Assembly (NCBI GenBank): GCA_963707915.1
Contig: OY970178.1
Location: forward strand, 768,001 to 832,000
DNA from: Candidatus Eiseniibacteriota bacterium
GTDB lineage: Bacteria > Eisenbacteria > RBG-16-71-46
DNA: 64,000 bases
Reading direction: 5' to 3'
Shown here in pieces: positions 19,104-29,179 of this stretch (position 1 is its first letter; the number at the start of each line of letters is the position of its first letter). A program made the position numbers and the translations under genes. The notes beneath the pieces are model-generated. The model made no database searches and was not told the DNA's origin. It was given only the letters and a program-made list of their open reading frames with translations.

Positions 19104-20438
19104 ATGAACGAATGCCGCACGGTTCGAACGCCGTCGAGCGCTCACCGTCGACTCGCGTCTCCCTCCCGGTCGGGCATCGCCCTGCTGACCCTCGCCTGCC
19201 TGGCGTTCTTCCCTCACGGGACCGACGGCGCGCGCGCGGCGAAGCCGGTCGTGCTCCAGAAGCAGGTCGACGCCCTCGTCGGCCAGCTCTTCTCCGGCCC
19301 CCTGGCCCGCTCCGGCGCGATTCGCGGCACGATCCGCTTCGACGGCGTCGCCTGGGACACCGGCGAGGGCGTCGCGGCCGGGACCAGCCGGCTCGGCCTG
19401 GATCTCGACGACGCGCTCAAGGGGGCACTGGCGGAGCGCCGCATGGACGTCGCCACGGGCTCGCTCGCCGGCAGCAAGGGCATCGGCAGCACGCTGCTGC
19501 GCGGGGGCTTCAAGGTGCTCAAGTCCGGCGTGCAGCTCTCGCTGGCGCTGGTGGACGCCAACACCGGGCGGGTGATCTCCAAGGCGCAGCGCGTCATGAG
19601 CGCGAACAGCCTGGCGGGGGTCGCGCAGGAGGAACTGCTGCCCCCCGACGCGACCAACGCGCGACTGCTCGCCCGGCTGGTCACCGGGAGCCTGGGCGGC
19701 GCGACGGCGGCCGGCGGGCTGCGGCTGAGCACGGATCGCGGGACCCAGGCCGCGTACGCGGAGGGGGACACGTTGCACGTCCTGGTCGAGTCGGACCGCG
19801 ACTGCTACGTGCGCCTCTACCACATCTCGTGGAGCGACCGCGCCCTCACCCTGGTGTTCCCCAACCGCAGCGACCGGGACTCCTACCTGCCGGCGGGGAC
19901 GCTCAAGTCCATCCCCGCGGAGGGCACCGGCGTCGTCTTCGAGGTCTCCAAGCCCTACGGCGTGGACGCCCTGGTCGCCATCTCGAGCGCGACGCCCTTC
20001 GATGACGATGCGGCGGTGACCGCCGGCCTGGCCGGAGCCGCCGCCCTGCCGTTGAGCGGCGCGGCGAAGGGGGTCTCCCGCGTGGGCGACTACCTCGCGC
20101 GGCAGGGGGTCAGCGCAGCGCAGGCCAGGGGCGTGCTCGCCAAGGGGCTCTTCGTCCGCCTGCCCGAGAGTGGCTCGAGCGCGGAGGCGGTCGCGGAGCC
20201 GGCCTACGTGCCCGAACCGGCCGCACCGCCGGCGGGCGCCGAGACGATCACGCCCGAGGCGGCCCCGCAGCCGGCCGACCCGGAAGCCCCAGCCGTGCAG
20301 ACCAGCCCGCAGGAAGCTCCACGCGACCCCCCACCGACCAGCCTGTCCCCGCCGCCCCCGGTTGCCCCCGGGAACTCCCCACTCGCGAGGGCCGTATGCT
20401 ACTTCACGACGCTACCCCGGCTTCGACTCCTCCGTTGA
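19104..20438 (+). CDS. Secreted DUF4384-domain protein
   Basis: Signal-like segment, STDRG...YAEGDTL.V.VESDRDCYVRLY...LVFPN...FEVSKPYGVD, Pro/Ala-rich tail. Confidence 0.8.
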   Translation: MNECRTVRTPSSAHRRLASPSRSGIALLTLACLAFFPHGTDGARAAKPVVLQKQVDALVGQLFSGPLARSGAIRGTIRFDGVAWDTGEGVAAGTSRLGLDLDDALKGALAERRMDVATGSLAGSKGIGSTLLRGGFKVLKSGVQLSLALVDANTGRVISKAQRVMSANSLAGVAQEELLPPDATNARLLARLVTGSLGGATAAGGLRLSTDRGTQAAYAEGDTLHVLVESDRDCYVRLYHISWSDRALTLVFPNRSDRDSYLPAGTLKSIPAEGTGVVFEVSKPYGVDALVAISSATPFDDDAAVTAGLAGAAALPLSGAAKGVSRVGDYLARQGVSAAQARGVLAKGLFVRLPESGSSAEAVAEPAYVPEPAAPPAGAETITPEAAPQPADPEAPAVQTSPQEAPRDPPPTSLSPPPPVAPGNSPLARAVCYFTTLPRLRLLR

Positions 20439-21799
20439 ACCTCCTGCGACTGGCGAGCGTGCTCCTGCTCGTCGCCGCGCTCGCACCCGCGCCCGCGGCC
20501 GCGCAGGCCGACGGCCAGAAGGGCCTGCAGCTCATCCTCGCCGATTCCACCCAGAAGCAGCTCACCGGCTTCACCTCGCTGGCCAAGTACGCGCTGGTGA
20601 TCGGCATCAACCAGTACCAGAACCAGTCCCAGGGCATCACCCCGCTGCGCTACGCGGTGGGAGACGCGCGGGCGGTCTACCAGGCGCTGGTGGACCCTCG
20701 ACGCGGGGGATTCCGGCCCGAGAACGTCACGCTGCTGACCGACGACACTCCGGAGAAGCCCACCAACACCGCCATTGGCAAGGCCCTCAACCGGCTGATC
20801 ACCTCGACCGGCCAGGGCGACCTGGTGCTGGTGTTCTTCTCGGGCCACGGTTTCGAGGACCAAGGCCGCGCCTACCTGTTGCCGGCCAACGCCGATCTGG
20901 AGGCGCTCGACTACAGCGCCATCGAGCGCGACGCCTTCGTGCGGCAGATCGACCGGATCACCGCCAAGAAGGTGATCGTGGTGCTCGACGCCTGCCACTC
21001 GGGCGGGGTGAACCGCGGCGGCAAGAGCGTCGGCAAGGACGCGGCGCTGAGCACGAAGTACTACGAGAACTTCGCCGGCTCGCAGGGCCGGGCCTTCATC
21101 GCCTCCAGCGGCGGGGGAGAGCTGTCCTGGGAGGACGAGGACAAGGGCCACGGCGTGTTCACCTCGGCGCTGGTGGACGCGCTCTCGGGCAAGGCGGACA
21201 CCCAGCCGCGCGACGGCGTGATCTCGCTCAACGAGCTGCGTGGCTACGTCGAGACCCAGGTCAGCGACTGGGCCGGGCGGCGGGGCAAGTCGCAGCACCC
21301 GCAGGTGAGCCTCGAGTCGGCGTTCGGCGACATCCCGCTGGCGCTCGACTACGGCTACCTCGAGAGCCAGTCGCAGGACCTGGCCGGGCGGCGCGACCTG
21401 GTGGCGCGGCTGAAGCCGGGGCTGACGACGCTGGAGGGCCTCAAGCCGGAGGAGTTGGCCCAGGCGGTGGCGGTGCTCGACCGCTACGCCCGGGGCGAGA
21501 AGCTCAGCGACGCCGAGAGCCAGCACTTCGAGTTCGTGCGCAAGCTGGCGGACGGCGCCATCGACCTGAAGCTGTACCGGGCCGGGACCGCCAAGGTGCC
21601 CTCGCTCGCGACCGCGGCGCAGATCACGCCGCAGAAGAAGAAGTCGCCGGCGATGTGGATCCTGGGCGGCGTGGTCGCCGCGGGCGCCGGCGTGGCGCTC
21701 GGCATGGCCGGCGGCGGCAGTGCCGGCAGCCCCGGTGGCGGCGCCACCCCGATCACACCGACCACGCTGCCGGCGCCCCCGTCGCCGCCGGCGCCTTGA
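20396..21799 (+). CDS. Exported caspase-family (peptidase C14) protein
   Basis: KYALVIGINQY, LRYAVGDA, FFSGHG (His), LDACHSG (Cys), HGVFTSAL. Signal peptide and C-terminal hydrophobic segment. Exact start uncertain. Confidence 0.92.
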   Translation: MLLHDATPASTPPLNLLRLASVLLLVAALAPAPAAAQADGQKGLQLILADSTQKQLTGFTSLAKYALVIGINQYQNQSQGITPLRYAVGDARAVYQALVDPRRGGFRPENVTLLTDDTPEKPTNTAIGKALNRLITSTGQGDLVLVFFSGHGFEDQGRAYLLPANADLEALDYSAIERDAFVRQIDRITAKKVIVVLDACHSGGVNRGGKSVGKDAALSTKYYENFAGSQGRAFIASSGGGELSWEDEDKGHGVFTSALVDALSGKADTQPRDGVISLNELRGYVETQVSDWAGRRGKSQHPQVSLESAFGDIPLALDYGYLESQSQDLAGRRDLVARLKPGLTTLEGLKPEELAQAVAVLDRYARGEKLSDAESQHFEFVRKLADGAIDLKLYRAGTAKVPSLATAAQITPQKKKSPAMWILGGVVAAGAGVALGMAGGGSAGSPGGGATPITPTTLPAPPSPPAP

Positions 21800-21807
21800 G
21801 GCCCGCC

Positions 21808-24798
21808 ATGAGAGCTCCCTGCACCCATCCGAGCATGGGAAGCGCCCGGCGGCGGGATGCCGGCCCCGGGGCGCCAGTTCGCTGGCGCGCACGGGCGGTC
21901 CGGTTCGCGGCCGCGCTCGCCTTCGTCGTGTGCGTCACCGGCCTGGCGCCGGTCGCGCCCGCACGGGCGGAGTGGCAACTGGACGGCACCCCGGCCTGCG
22001 CCGGGACGGACCAGCAGTTCGTGCCGCGCATCGTCTCCGACGGCGCCGGGGGCGTCATCTTCGCCTGGGAGGACTCCCGGGGCGGGACGAGCGATCTCTA
22101 CATGCAGCGCATGGACGCATCGGGCGAGGTCCAGTGGACCTCCACCGGCCGGGCCGTCTGCACCGCGGCGGGCGCCCAGACGCCCTACGGGCTCATCGCC
22201 TCGCCCGCGGGCGGGGCGGTGGCCTGCTGGCTGGACACGCGCGGGGGAAGCTGGTTCGACCTCTACGCGCAGCGGGTCGACGCCAGCGGCGCCGCGCTGT
22301 GGACGGATGACGGAGTCGCCGTCTGCACCGGCGCCGGCCCCGAGGCGCCGACCCTGGCATCGGACGGCTCGACCGGTGCCCTCGTGACGTGGCAGGACTC
22401 GCGCAACGGCAACCGCGACATCTTCGTGCAGCGGGTCGACTCCGCGGGCGCGACCCGTTGGACCGCCAACGGCGTGCCGGTGTGCACCGCCGCGGGCGAC
22501 CAGTACGGCGCCGTCGTCGTCAGCGATGGGGCCGGCGGGGCGATCGTCGCCTGGGTGGACATGCGGTCGGGAATGAACGACGTCTACGCCCAACGCGTGA
22601 ACGCCGCGGGCACGCCGTTGTGGCCGGCGAACGGGATCGCGCTCGGCAGCCACTCGCTCGGCACGTGCAGTATCGTGCCCGACGGCTCCGGTGGGGCGAT
22701 CGTCGCGTGGGTCGATGACGGCGGGGGCCGCGCCAGCCGCGTCACGGCGGGGGGCGGGCTGTACTGGGGTTCGGGCGGCGTGCTCATCCACGCCGGCGCG
22801 GGTGACCTGCGGACCGCCCCGGCCGGCGGCGGCGGCGTGTTCATCGCCTTCAGCCGCTATCTCGCCGCCGACAACTCGGACGTCTTCGTGCAGAAACTCG
22901 ACGGCGCGGGCGTCGCGTACTGGCCCAGCAGCGGGTTCCCCGTCATCACGCGAGCGGGGAACCAATGGCCCTACGCACTCCAGGTGGACGCGAGCGGGAA
23001 CGCGCTCATCTACTGCGCGTCCTCCGACTCCGCGAGCTATCTCCAACGGGTGGCGGCTGACGGCGTACTGTCATGGCCGCTCTGGGGCGTGCGCGTCATC
23101 CCCAAGGTCGTGGGCACCGACCCGAGCGATTATGGCGTCGTCACGGATGGGAGCGGAGGCGCGATCGTGGGCTGGTCCGCCAACACCGCCTCGTACGGGC
23201 AGAGCTCTTCCATCCACGCGTACGCCCGCCGGGTTCCCGCGGCCGGCCTGCGCACCATTCGCGCGGCCTGGAGCGCCGGCGGCCACGTGTCCCTGCTCGA
23301 CTCGCGCTTCACCTTCCGGGATTCCGTCACCGCGAGCGCCCTGGAGGCCGCGCGCTTCCAACTGCTCCCGGACCCGGGCTACTACGTCAACTCCGTGAAC
23401 CTCGACGGGGTCTCGCAGGGGACGGTCCCCAACCTCGACCTCGGCCACCCGACAGCCGGCCACACCATCTACGCCGGCTTCTCCAACGCCACCTGGTTCG
23501 AACCAGCCGTCACCACGCCGCGGAGCGCCTACACCACCGTGGCGTTCCCGCTCGCGTTCGCGAACGACAGCGTGCGCTCGGTGCTGGGCGAACTGGGGCC
23601 GTACGACGACACGGCGTGGCGCATGGCGCGCTGGAGCCCGGAAGCCGGCGCCTACCAGTACGCCGGGCAGGGCTTCCACACCCTGCAGGCGGGCGCCGGC
23701 TACTGGCTCATCACCGCGAACGGCGCCCAGGTGCAGGCGGACGGCGCGCCACTGACCGCCGACACCGTGGGGGTCGAGCTGCTCGGCACCGATGCCAGCG
23801 GCTGGAACCAGGTCGCCAATCCCTACCGCTTCCCGGTCGCCGATACGGCGCTCCGGGTGCTCGGCCCGGACGGGCTGGCCGGATTCACTTCCGGTTCGAA
23901 CACGTCCACCGATCCGTTCCTCTGGGAGTGGAAGGGCGGCAGCAACTACGACTCGGTGCGGACGGTCGAGCCGCGCAAGGTGTACTGGGTGCGCAAGGCG
24001 GTCTCGGCACCCGTGCACCTCGTCTTCCCCAACTGGTCGAGCACCGTCACCAGCCCGGGCCCGGCCGCTGCGCCGGCCGGCGCCGAGTGGTCGGTGGCGA
24101 TGACGGCACGCCAGGGTGAAGCCACCAGCATGCGCGTGCTGGCGGGGCGCTGGGCGCGTTCCGCCGGGATGGCCGCGCTGCGGCTGGAAGCGCCGCCCGG
24201 ATCGCCGGACGGCGGACTGAGCCTGCGCATCCGCGAGGCCGGCGGCGCGGGGGCGGGCCGGATCGCGGACTTCACGCGCGAGGACGGCCCGTGGCGCTGG
24301 GAGGTCGAGTTGAGCGGGGCGGAGGCGCCCGGCGAGGTGCGGCTCGAGATCGTGGGCACGGACCTCCCCGCGGGGCTGCGGCTGTGGCTGTCGGATGACG
24401 CGCGCGATTGGCGCCAGGAGGTCCGCGCGGGCGAGACGGTGACCCTGGCAGCGACCACCGGCGTGCGACGCCTGACGTTCCACGCCGCCATCGGCGGGGA
24501 CCTCCCGGCCGGGGCGGAGGCGGGAGCGAGCATCGCCACGGCCTACCCGAACCCGTTCCGCGACCGGGTCGGGTTCGTGCTCCAGCTCGCGCGGGCATCG
24601 GCGGCGCTGCTGTCGGTCTTCGACGTGCAGGGCCGGCAGGTGCGCTCGCTGGCGACGGGCACGATGGCCCCGGGCGAGCACGTGCTGGTGTGGGACGGGC
24701 GCGACGCCGCGGGCCAGGCCGTGCCCAGCGGCGTCTACCTGGCGAGAGTGCGGACGGGCGGAACGGAGCTCGTGCGACGCATCCTGAGGATCGAGTAG
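21808..24798 (+). CDS. Large secreted repeat protein with FlgD-Ig/T9SS-like C-terminal domain
   Basis: Signal ending ARA. Repeats of SDGAGGAIVAW.D.R....D.YAQRVDA.G...W...G. Tail AYPNPF...FDVQGRQVR...WDGRD..G..VPSGVYLAR. Confidence 0.88.
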   Translation: MRAPCTHPSMGSARRRDAGPGAPVRWRARAVRFAAALAFVVCVTGLAPVAPARAEWQLDGTPACAGTDQQFVPRIVSDGAGGVIFAWEDSRGGTSDLYMQRMDASGEVQWTSTGRAVCTAAGAQTPYGLIASPAGGAVACWLDTRGGSWFDLYAQRVDASGAALWTDDGVAVCTGAGPEAPTLASDGSTGALVTWQDSRNGNRDIFVQRVDSAGATRWTANGVPVCTAAGDQYGAVVVSDGAGGAIVAWVDMRSGMNDVYAQRVNAAGTPLWPANGIALGSHSLGTCSIVPDGSGGAIVAWVDDGGGRASRVTAGGGLYWGSGGVLIHAGAGDLRTAPAGGGGVFIAFSRYLAADNSDVFVQKLDGAGVAYWPSSGFPVITRAGNQWPYALQVDASGNALIYCASSDSASYLQRVAADGVLSWPLWGVRVIPKVVGTDPSDYGVVTDGSGGAIVGWSANTASYGQSSSIHAYARRVPAAGLRTIRAAWSAGGHVSLLDSRFTFRDSVTASALEAARFQLLPDPGYYVNSVNLDGVSQGTVPNLDLGHPTAGHTIYAGFSNATWFEPAVTTPRSAYTTVAFPLAFANDSVRSVLGELGPYDDTAWRMARWSPEAGAYQYAGQGFHTLQAGAGYWLITANGAQVQADGAPLTADTVGVELLGTDASGWNQVANPYRFPVADTALRVLGPDGLAGFTSGSNTSTDPFLWEWKGGSNYDSVRTVEPRKVYWVRKAVSAPVHLVFPNWSSTVTSPGPAAAPAGAEWSVAMTARQGEATSMRVLAGRWARSAGMAALRLEAPPGSPDGGLSLRIREAGGAGAGRIADFTREDGPWRWEVELSGAEAPGEVRLEIVGTDLPAGLRLWLSDDARDWRQEVRAGETVTLAATTGVRRLTFHAAIGGDLPAGAEAGASIATAYPNPFRDRVGFVLQLARASAALLSVFDVQGRQVRSLATGTMAPGEHVLVWDGRDAAGQAVPSGVYLARVRTGGTELVRRILRIE

Positions 24799-24908
24799 CG
24801 GGACGCGACGGCCCGTCCCGGTCAGCCCCACCCAACATCCCGTCGACGGCGAGGTGCCGCGCGTGGCAGCGCCTCGCCCATCATCCCGCACCCAGCGGAG
24901 GTAGAACC

Positions 24909-26786
24909 ATGTGCCGCGAACCCAGGTGCATCCTGGTCCTGCTCGTGATGGCGACGCTCTCCACGGCGCTCACCGGTCCGGCGCACGCCTGGAAGGGCGC
25001 GACCCACGTCTACCTGGCCGAGGAGGCGCTGAAGGACGCACTCGACGACGGGAAGGTGACGTTCTACATCACCGACTTCTGCACCGGGCAACTCCGGCGC
25101 GACGCGGCCGGGCAACCGATCAAGGCCGGCGACTACACGGTGAACCCCGCGATGCTCGACGCCATCCGGGCGAACCGGGCGCAGTTCCGCGCCGGGACCA
25201 TCGGGCCGGACGCCTACCCGGACATCATGGTCGGCCAGATGGTGATCCATCCCGCGGGCGCGGATGGCCCCGGCCAGCCGGCAGGGAAGGACATCAACGT
25301 CGGCGGTCCCGGGGCCGGCCCGTGGCTGACCTACCTGTGGCGCATGTCCTACACGCCGCTCGTGCCGCTGCCGATGTCGCCGGGCCCGGGTCGCGTCCAG
25401 CTCTACGCGGACGGCCGCGTGCCGGCGGACACCGCGCCCGCCGTCCGTGCGTTCGTGGCCGGCTTCCTCGCCCACGCGGCCGCTGACCTGCACGGGCACA
25501 CGCTCATCAACTACTACACCGGCGCCCCCTTCAACTTCGTCCCCGGCCCGCAGAACGCGATCAAGCACATGGTGCTCGAGGCCTATATCGAGAAGCACAC
25601 ACCCGCCGTGGCATCGCAGGAGATCAGCCTCGCGGGCGGCGTGGACGCGTTCGTCGCCCGGCAGATGATCGAGGCCCGCCCGGGCTCGATCCTCAAGAAC
25701 GTCCTGCTCAAGGGCTCCGGCGCGACCTACACGGTCCCGAACGTCTATTCGAAGATGCGGAACCGGCTGGACGGCGACGTCAAGCATTATGATGCGAAGA
25801 AGGCCGAGTACGATCGGCGCTACGACGCGAAGGTCAAGGCCGCGAACGACTGCAAGCCGCTGGACATGAGCTGCAGCCGCGCCGTGCTGCTGGCCGAGGC
25901 GGCGGCCATCCAGGTGGAGAAGGCCGCCTACGTCGCCGCGAACTTCGCGCCGGTGACCTACGAGGAGCGCTGGCGCGACGACATCGACCGGGGGCTCCGG
26001 GCCTGGCCGGGCGTCAGCCACGAGCTGGTCAAGGCGCTCGTCTACACCCCGGGCGGCATCAACAAGGCACGGGCCCGCGAGGTCTGCAAGGCGTACGTGC
26101 TCGGCCACCTGCTCTCGATGTCGGGTCTGCCGGACGCGGTCGGCTCCTCGATGGCCTTCCTCGACAGGATCTTCCAGGCCCTGGAGATCCCCGGCGTCAA
26201 GCAGGCGATCGACGAGATGGAGTCCGACCTGGCCAACTTCATGATGAAGAAGTGGACCGGCATCTCGCTGGACCAGGTGGAATCGTGGATGACGAACCCC
26301 GAATCGCACTTCGACGAGGTGATGAACGCCCCGGCCTACCGGACCGAGCCGGGCGCCCACCTCGTGTCGCTGGCGGACTTCTCCACCAACCAGCTCCACC
26401 TCGCCGGCCTCGCGGCGCCGTTCGACTACCGACTCGTGCCGGCGGCCTACAACTCCGTGGTGATGACCAAGCTCGCGCTGCTCCCGCAGGGCGAGCTGGC
26501 GCGCCTGGCGCGGGACCTCCGCAGCCGCGACCTGGCGGGGCAGGTGGGCTCCTCGCCGCCCGCCCCGGTCGAGAACGTCATGGTGGGGTTCGTGCGCACC
26601 CTGGACGGCAGCTACCAGTGGAACGTGAACCCCGAGCGGATGGCGATCGACGGCCCGAACTACAAGCGGATCTTCCTGTGGCAGGTCGCCGACGCGGCCT
26701 GCGTCGGGGACGTCCGGCCGCCGCTGCAGCCGGTCCGCGGACCGGCGCCCGCGTCCACGCCCGGGCTGCCGACCATCCGTCGCTAG
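24909..26786 (+). CDS. Secreted zinc-dependent phospholipase C / S1-P1-like protein
   Basis: Mature N-terminus AHA|WKGATH, AGTIGPD, GFLAHAAADLHGH, HMVLE. Confidence 0.8.
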   Translation: MCREPRCILVLLVMATLSTALTGPAHAWKGATHVYLAEEALKDALDDGKVTFYITDFCTGQLRRDAAGQPIKAGDYTVNPAMLDAIRANRAQFRAGTIGPDAYPDIMVGQMVIHPAGADGPGQPAGKDINVGGPGAGPWLTYLWRMSYTPLVPLPMSPGPGRVQLYADGRVPADTAPAVRAFVAGFLAHAAADLHGHTLINYYTGAPFNFVPGPQNAIKHMVLEAYIEKHTPAVASQEISLAGGVDAFVARQMIEARPGSILKNVLLKGSGATYTVPNVYSKMRNRLDGDVKHYDAKKAEYDRRYDAKVKAANDCKPLDMSCSRAVLLAEAAAIQVEKAAYVAANFAPVTYEERWRDDIDRGLRAWPGVSHELVKALVYTPGGINKARAREVCKAYVLGHLLSMSGLPDAVGSSMAFLDRIFQALEIPGVKQAIDEMESDLANFMMKKWTGISLDQVESWMTNPESHFDEVMNAPAYRTEPGAHLVSLADFSTNQLHLAGLAAPFDYRLVPAAYNSVVMTKLALLPQGELARLARDLRSRDLAGQVGSSPPAPVENVMVGFVRTLDGSYQWNVNPERMAIDGPNYKRIFLWQVADAACVGDVRPPLQPVRGPAPASTPGLPTIRR

Positions 26787-26886
26787 GGGGGGATCCACGG
26801 TCGCCCGGGGCCCGGCGGGAAGCACACCGCCGGGCCCCGTCGCGTTCCCGCCGGAGGGTCGGACCGGCCGGCCCGAAGCGGCGCCG

Positions 26887-29076
26887 CTACGGCCCCACGA
26901 CTTCGAGCCCCGCCCCGGGCTTCGTATCCGCGAGCAGCGTGACCTTGTAGCGGCGCCCGACCGGCACGGCCCACGCGCCTTCGCTGGCCGCGATCCGCAC
27001 CTCCACGCGGCCGCCTGCGAGCCGCGCGGCGAACCGCGTGAGCCGGTACTCGCCCGCGCGGTAGCCGTACCCGTCGCCGGCGTCCTCGTAGAGCGTGCCC
27101 GCGGCGTTGCCCCGCGCGTCGAGGCACACCAGCAGCTCGACCTCGTCGAGCGGCCGCTCGTCCACGTACTGGACCACGGGGCCGAGCGGCACGATGCCGC
27201 CGCCGCGCACCAGCAGCCGCGGCAGGTCGGGGTCGCGTGCGCCGCCGGCGATCTCCGCCGATCGCCAGATGCCCTTGGGAAGCATCGGCAGGTGGGATCG
27301 GTCGTCGGTGAGGTCGGGCACCACCAGCAGGTCGGCGCCCAGCAGGAACGCGTGGTCCTCGGCGCGCAGCCGGTCGTCCTTCGGGTCGGCGAAGAACACC
27401 GGGCGCGCCACCGGCAGCCCGTCCATCGAGGCCTCGCGAAACAGCGTGTAGAGATAGGGCATCAGCCGGTAGCGGGTCTCGAGCGCGCGCCGGCAGGTCG
27501 CCTCGACCCCGGGGCCGAACGACCAGGGCTCGCGCCGCGGCGAGCCCTTCTCGCTGTGCCCGCGGGCGAAGGGCAGCAGCGAGCCCACACCCATCCAGCG
27601 CGCGAACAGCGTCCCGTCGGGGGCGCCGCCGAAGCCGCCGATGTCGGGACCGCACATCGGCTGCCCCGAGAGCCCCAGGTTCAGCGCCATCGGCACCGAG
27701 GCCGCGAGGTGCCGCCAGGTGGCGCGGTTGTCGCCGGTCCAGCAGGCCGCGTAGCGCTGGGTGCCGATGAAACCGGCGCGCGTCAGCACGAACGGCCGCC
27801 GGTCCGGGCGCGCGGCCTCGAGCCCCTCGCGGGTCGCCCGCGCCATCAGCGAACCGTAGACGTTGTGGTAGCGCAGGTGCGGCCCGGGGCCGCCCAGCTC
27901 GGCGTCGGCACGGTGGCGGCTGTTCTCGGGCATGGTCTTCGAGCGCACGTCGAAGATGGCGGGCTCGTTCATGTCGTTCCAGATGCCGTCGGCGCCGGTG
28001 GCGGCGAAGCCGCCGACCAGCGCGCCCCACCAGGCGCGGGTCGCGGAGCGGGTGAAGTCGGGGAACACGCACGGGCCGGGCCACACCTTGCCGACGTAGT
28101 CCGCGCCGTCGGCGGCCTTGACCCAGTGGTCGCCGGCGCTGCCCTGCCGGTAGACCGGGTAGCCCGCGTCGACCTTCACGCCGGGGTCCACGATCCAGAC
28201 CGAGCGGAACCCGGCGGCGTGCAGCGAGTCGTTCAGCGCGCGCGGGTCGGCGAAGCCCCGCGGGTCGAAGGTGAACAGGCGGTAGCCGTCCATGTAGTCG
28301 ATGTCCATCCACATCACGTCGCAGGGGACGCGCCGGCGGCGGAACTCCCGCGCGACCTCGAGCACCTGGGCCGCCGGGTAGTAGGAGTAGCGGCACTGCT
28401 GGTAGCCGAGCGCCCACTTCGGCGGCAGCGGCATGTGCCCGGTGAGGTCGGCCAGCGCGCCCAGCACGGCCTGCGGGCTCTCTCGCTCGATCACGATGAC
28501 GTCGAACGGCGGGCCCTGGGCGCGGAAGGTGATGCCGTCCGCCAGGTCCATGGCGGTCCGCCCCGGCGTGTCCGCGAGCACGCCGTAGGCCGTGCCGTCC
28601 GCGCGAACGGCGAGCACCCAGGGGTGCGACTGGTAGAGCGAAGGCGTGTCCGCGTCGTAGCCGTAGGCGTCGGAGTTCCAGCAGGTGGTCGTGCGGCCGT
28701 TGCGCAGCAGCGGGCCCATCACCTCGCCGGTGCCGTAGAGCGAGGTGCCGCGCTCGACCTTGAGCCGCGCGGTGCGCATGCCCTGTTGCGAGGAGAACTC
28801 GGGCCGTGGCGCGAACGACGCGGGGGCGGGGCCGAGCACGCGCGGCGGCGCGGCCAGCGCCAGCGAGGGCAGGGCCTCGGCCCGCGCGGCGGAGTCGGCC
28901 CAGAAACGCACCACGCCCGCGCCGATGGACTCCGCCAGCCGCGCGGGCGTGAGGGCCGGCCGGCCGGGAGCGAAGAGGACGCGCGCGCCGGGGGCCGGCC
29001 ACCCGGCGCGCGCGACCGGAGGGGACGCGAAGCAGGCCAGGACGAGCAGGGCGGCCGGCAGCAGGCGGGGCTTCAT
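26887..29076 (-). CDS. Glycoside hydrolase family 31 (alpha-glucosidase-like)
   Basis: PPKWALGYQQCRYSY, WMDIDYMDG, GIWNDMNEP (nucleophile), WTGDN, GPDIGGF, LYEDAGDG. Confidence 0.95.
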   Translation of the reverse strand: MKPRLLPAALLVLACFASPPVARAGWPAPGARVLFAPGRPALTPARLAESIGAGVVRFWADSAARAEALPSLALAAPPRVLGPAPASFAPRPEFSSQQGMRTARLKVERGTSLYGTGEVMGPLLRNGRTTTCWNSDAYGYDADTPSLYQSHPWVLAVRADGTAYGVLADTPGRTAMDLADGITFRAQGPPFDVIVIERESPQAVLGALADLTGHMPLPPKWALGYQQCRYSYYPAAQVLEVAREFRRRRVPCDVMWMDIDYMDGYRLFTFDPRGFADPRALNDSLHAAGFRSVWIVDPGVKVDAGYPVYRQGSAGDHWVKAADGADYVGKVWPGPCVFPDFTRSATRAWWGALVGGFAATGADGIWNDMNEPAIFDVRSKTMPENSRHRADAELGGPGPHLRYHNVYGSLMARATREGLEAARPDRRPFVLTRAGFIGTQRYAACWTGDNRATWRHLAASVPMALNLGLSGQPMCGPDIGGFGGAPDGTLFARWMGVGSLLPFARGHSEKGSPRREPWSFGPGVEATCRRALETRYRLMPYLYTLFREASMDGLPVARPVFFADPKDDRLRAEDHAFLLGADLLVVPDLTDDRSHLPMLPKGIWRSAEIAGGARDPDLPRLLVRGGGIVPLGPVVQYVDERPLDEVELLVCLDARGNAAGTLYEDAGDGYGYRAGEYRLTRFAARLAGGRVEVRIAASEGAWAVPVGRRYKVTLLADTKPGAGLEVVGP

Positions 29077-29179
29077 GCCCTCATGGTATCGGAGCGCCGG
29101 GCACACGGCGAGCCGGGGCGCGGCGGACGGCGACGACGCGGCGCGCGGCCGGCGCGCCCACCCGCCCGCGGATCCCGGC

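Noticed and set aside
21960..23240. CRISPR-like periodic repeats
   Set aside because: These are degenerate in-frame protein repeats of the secreted protein. No identical repeat-spacer array or cas genes are present in the window.
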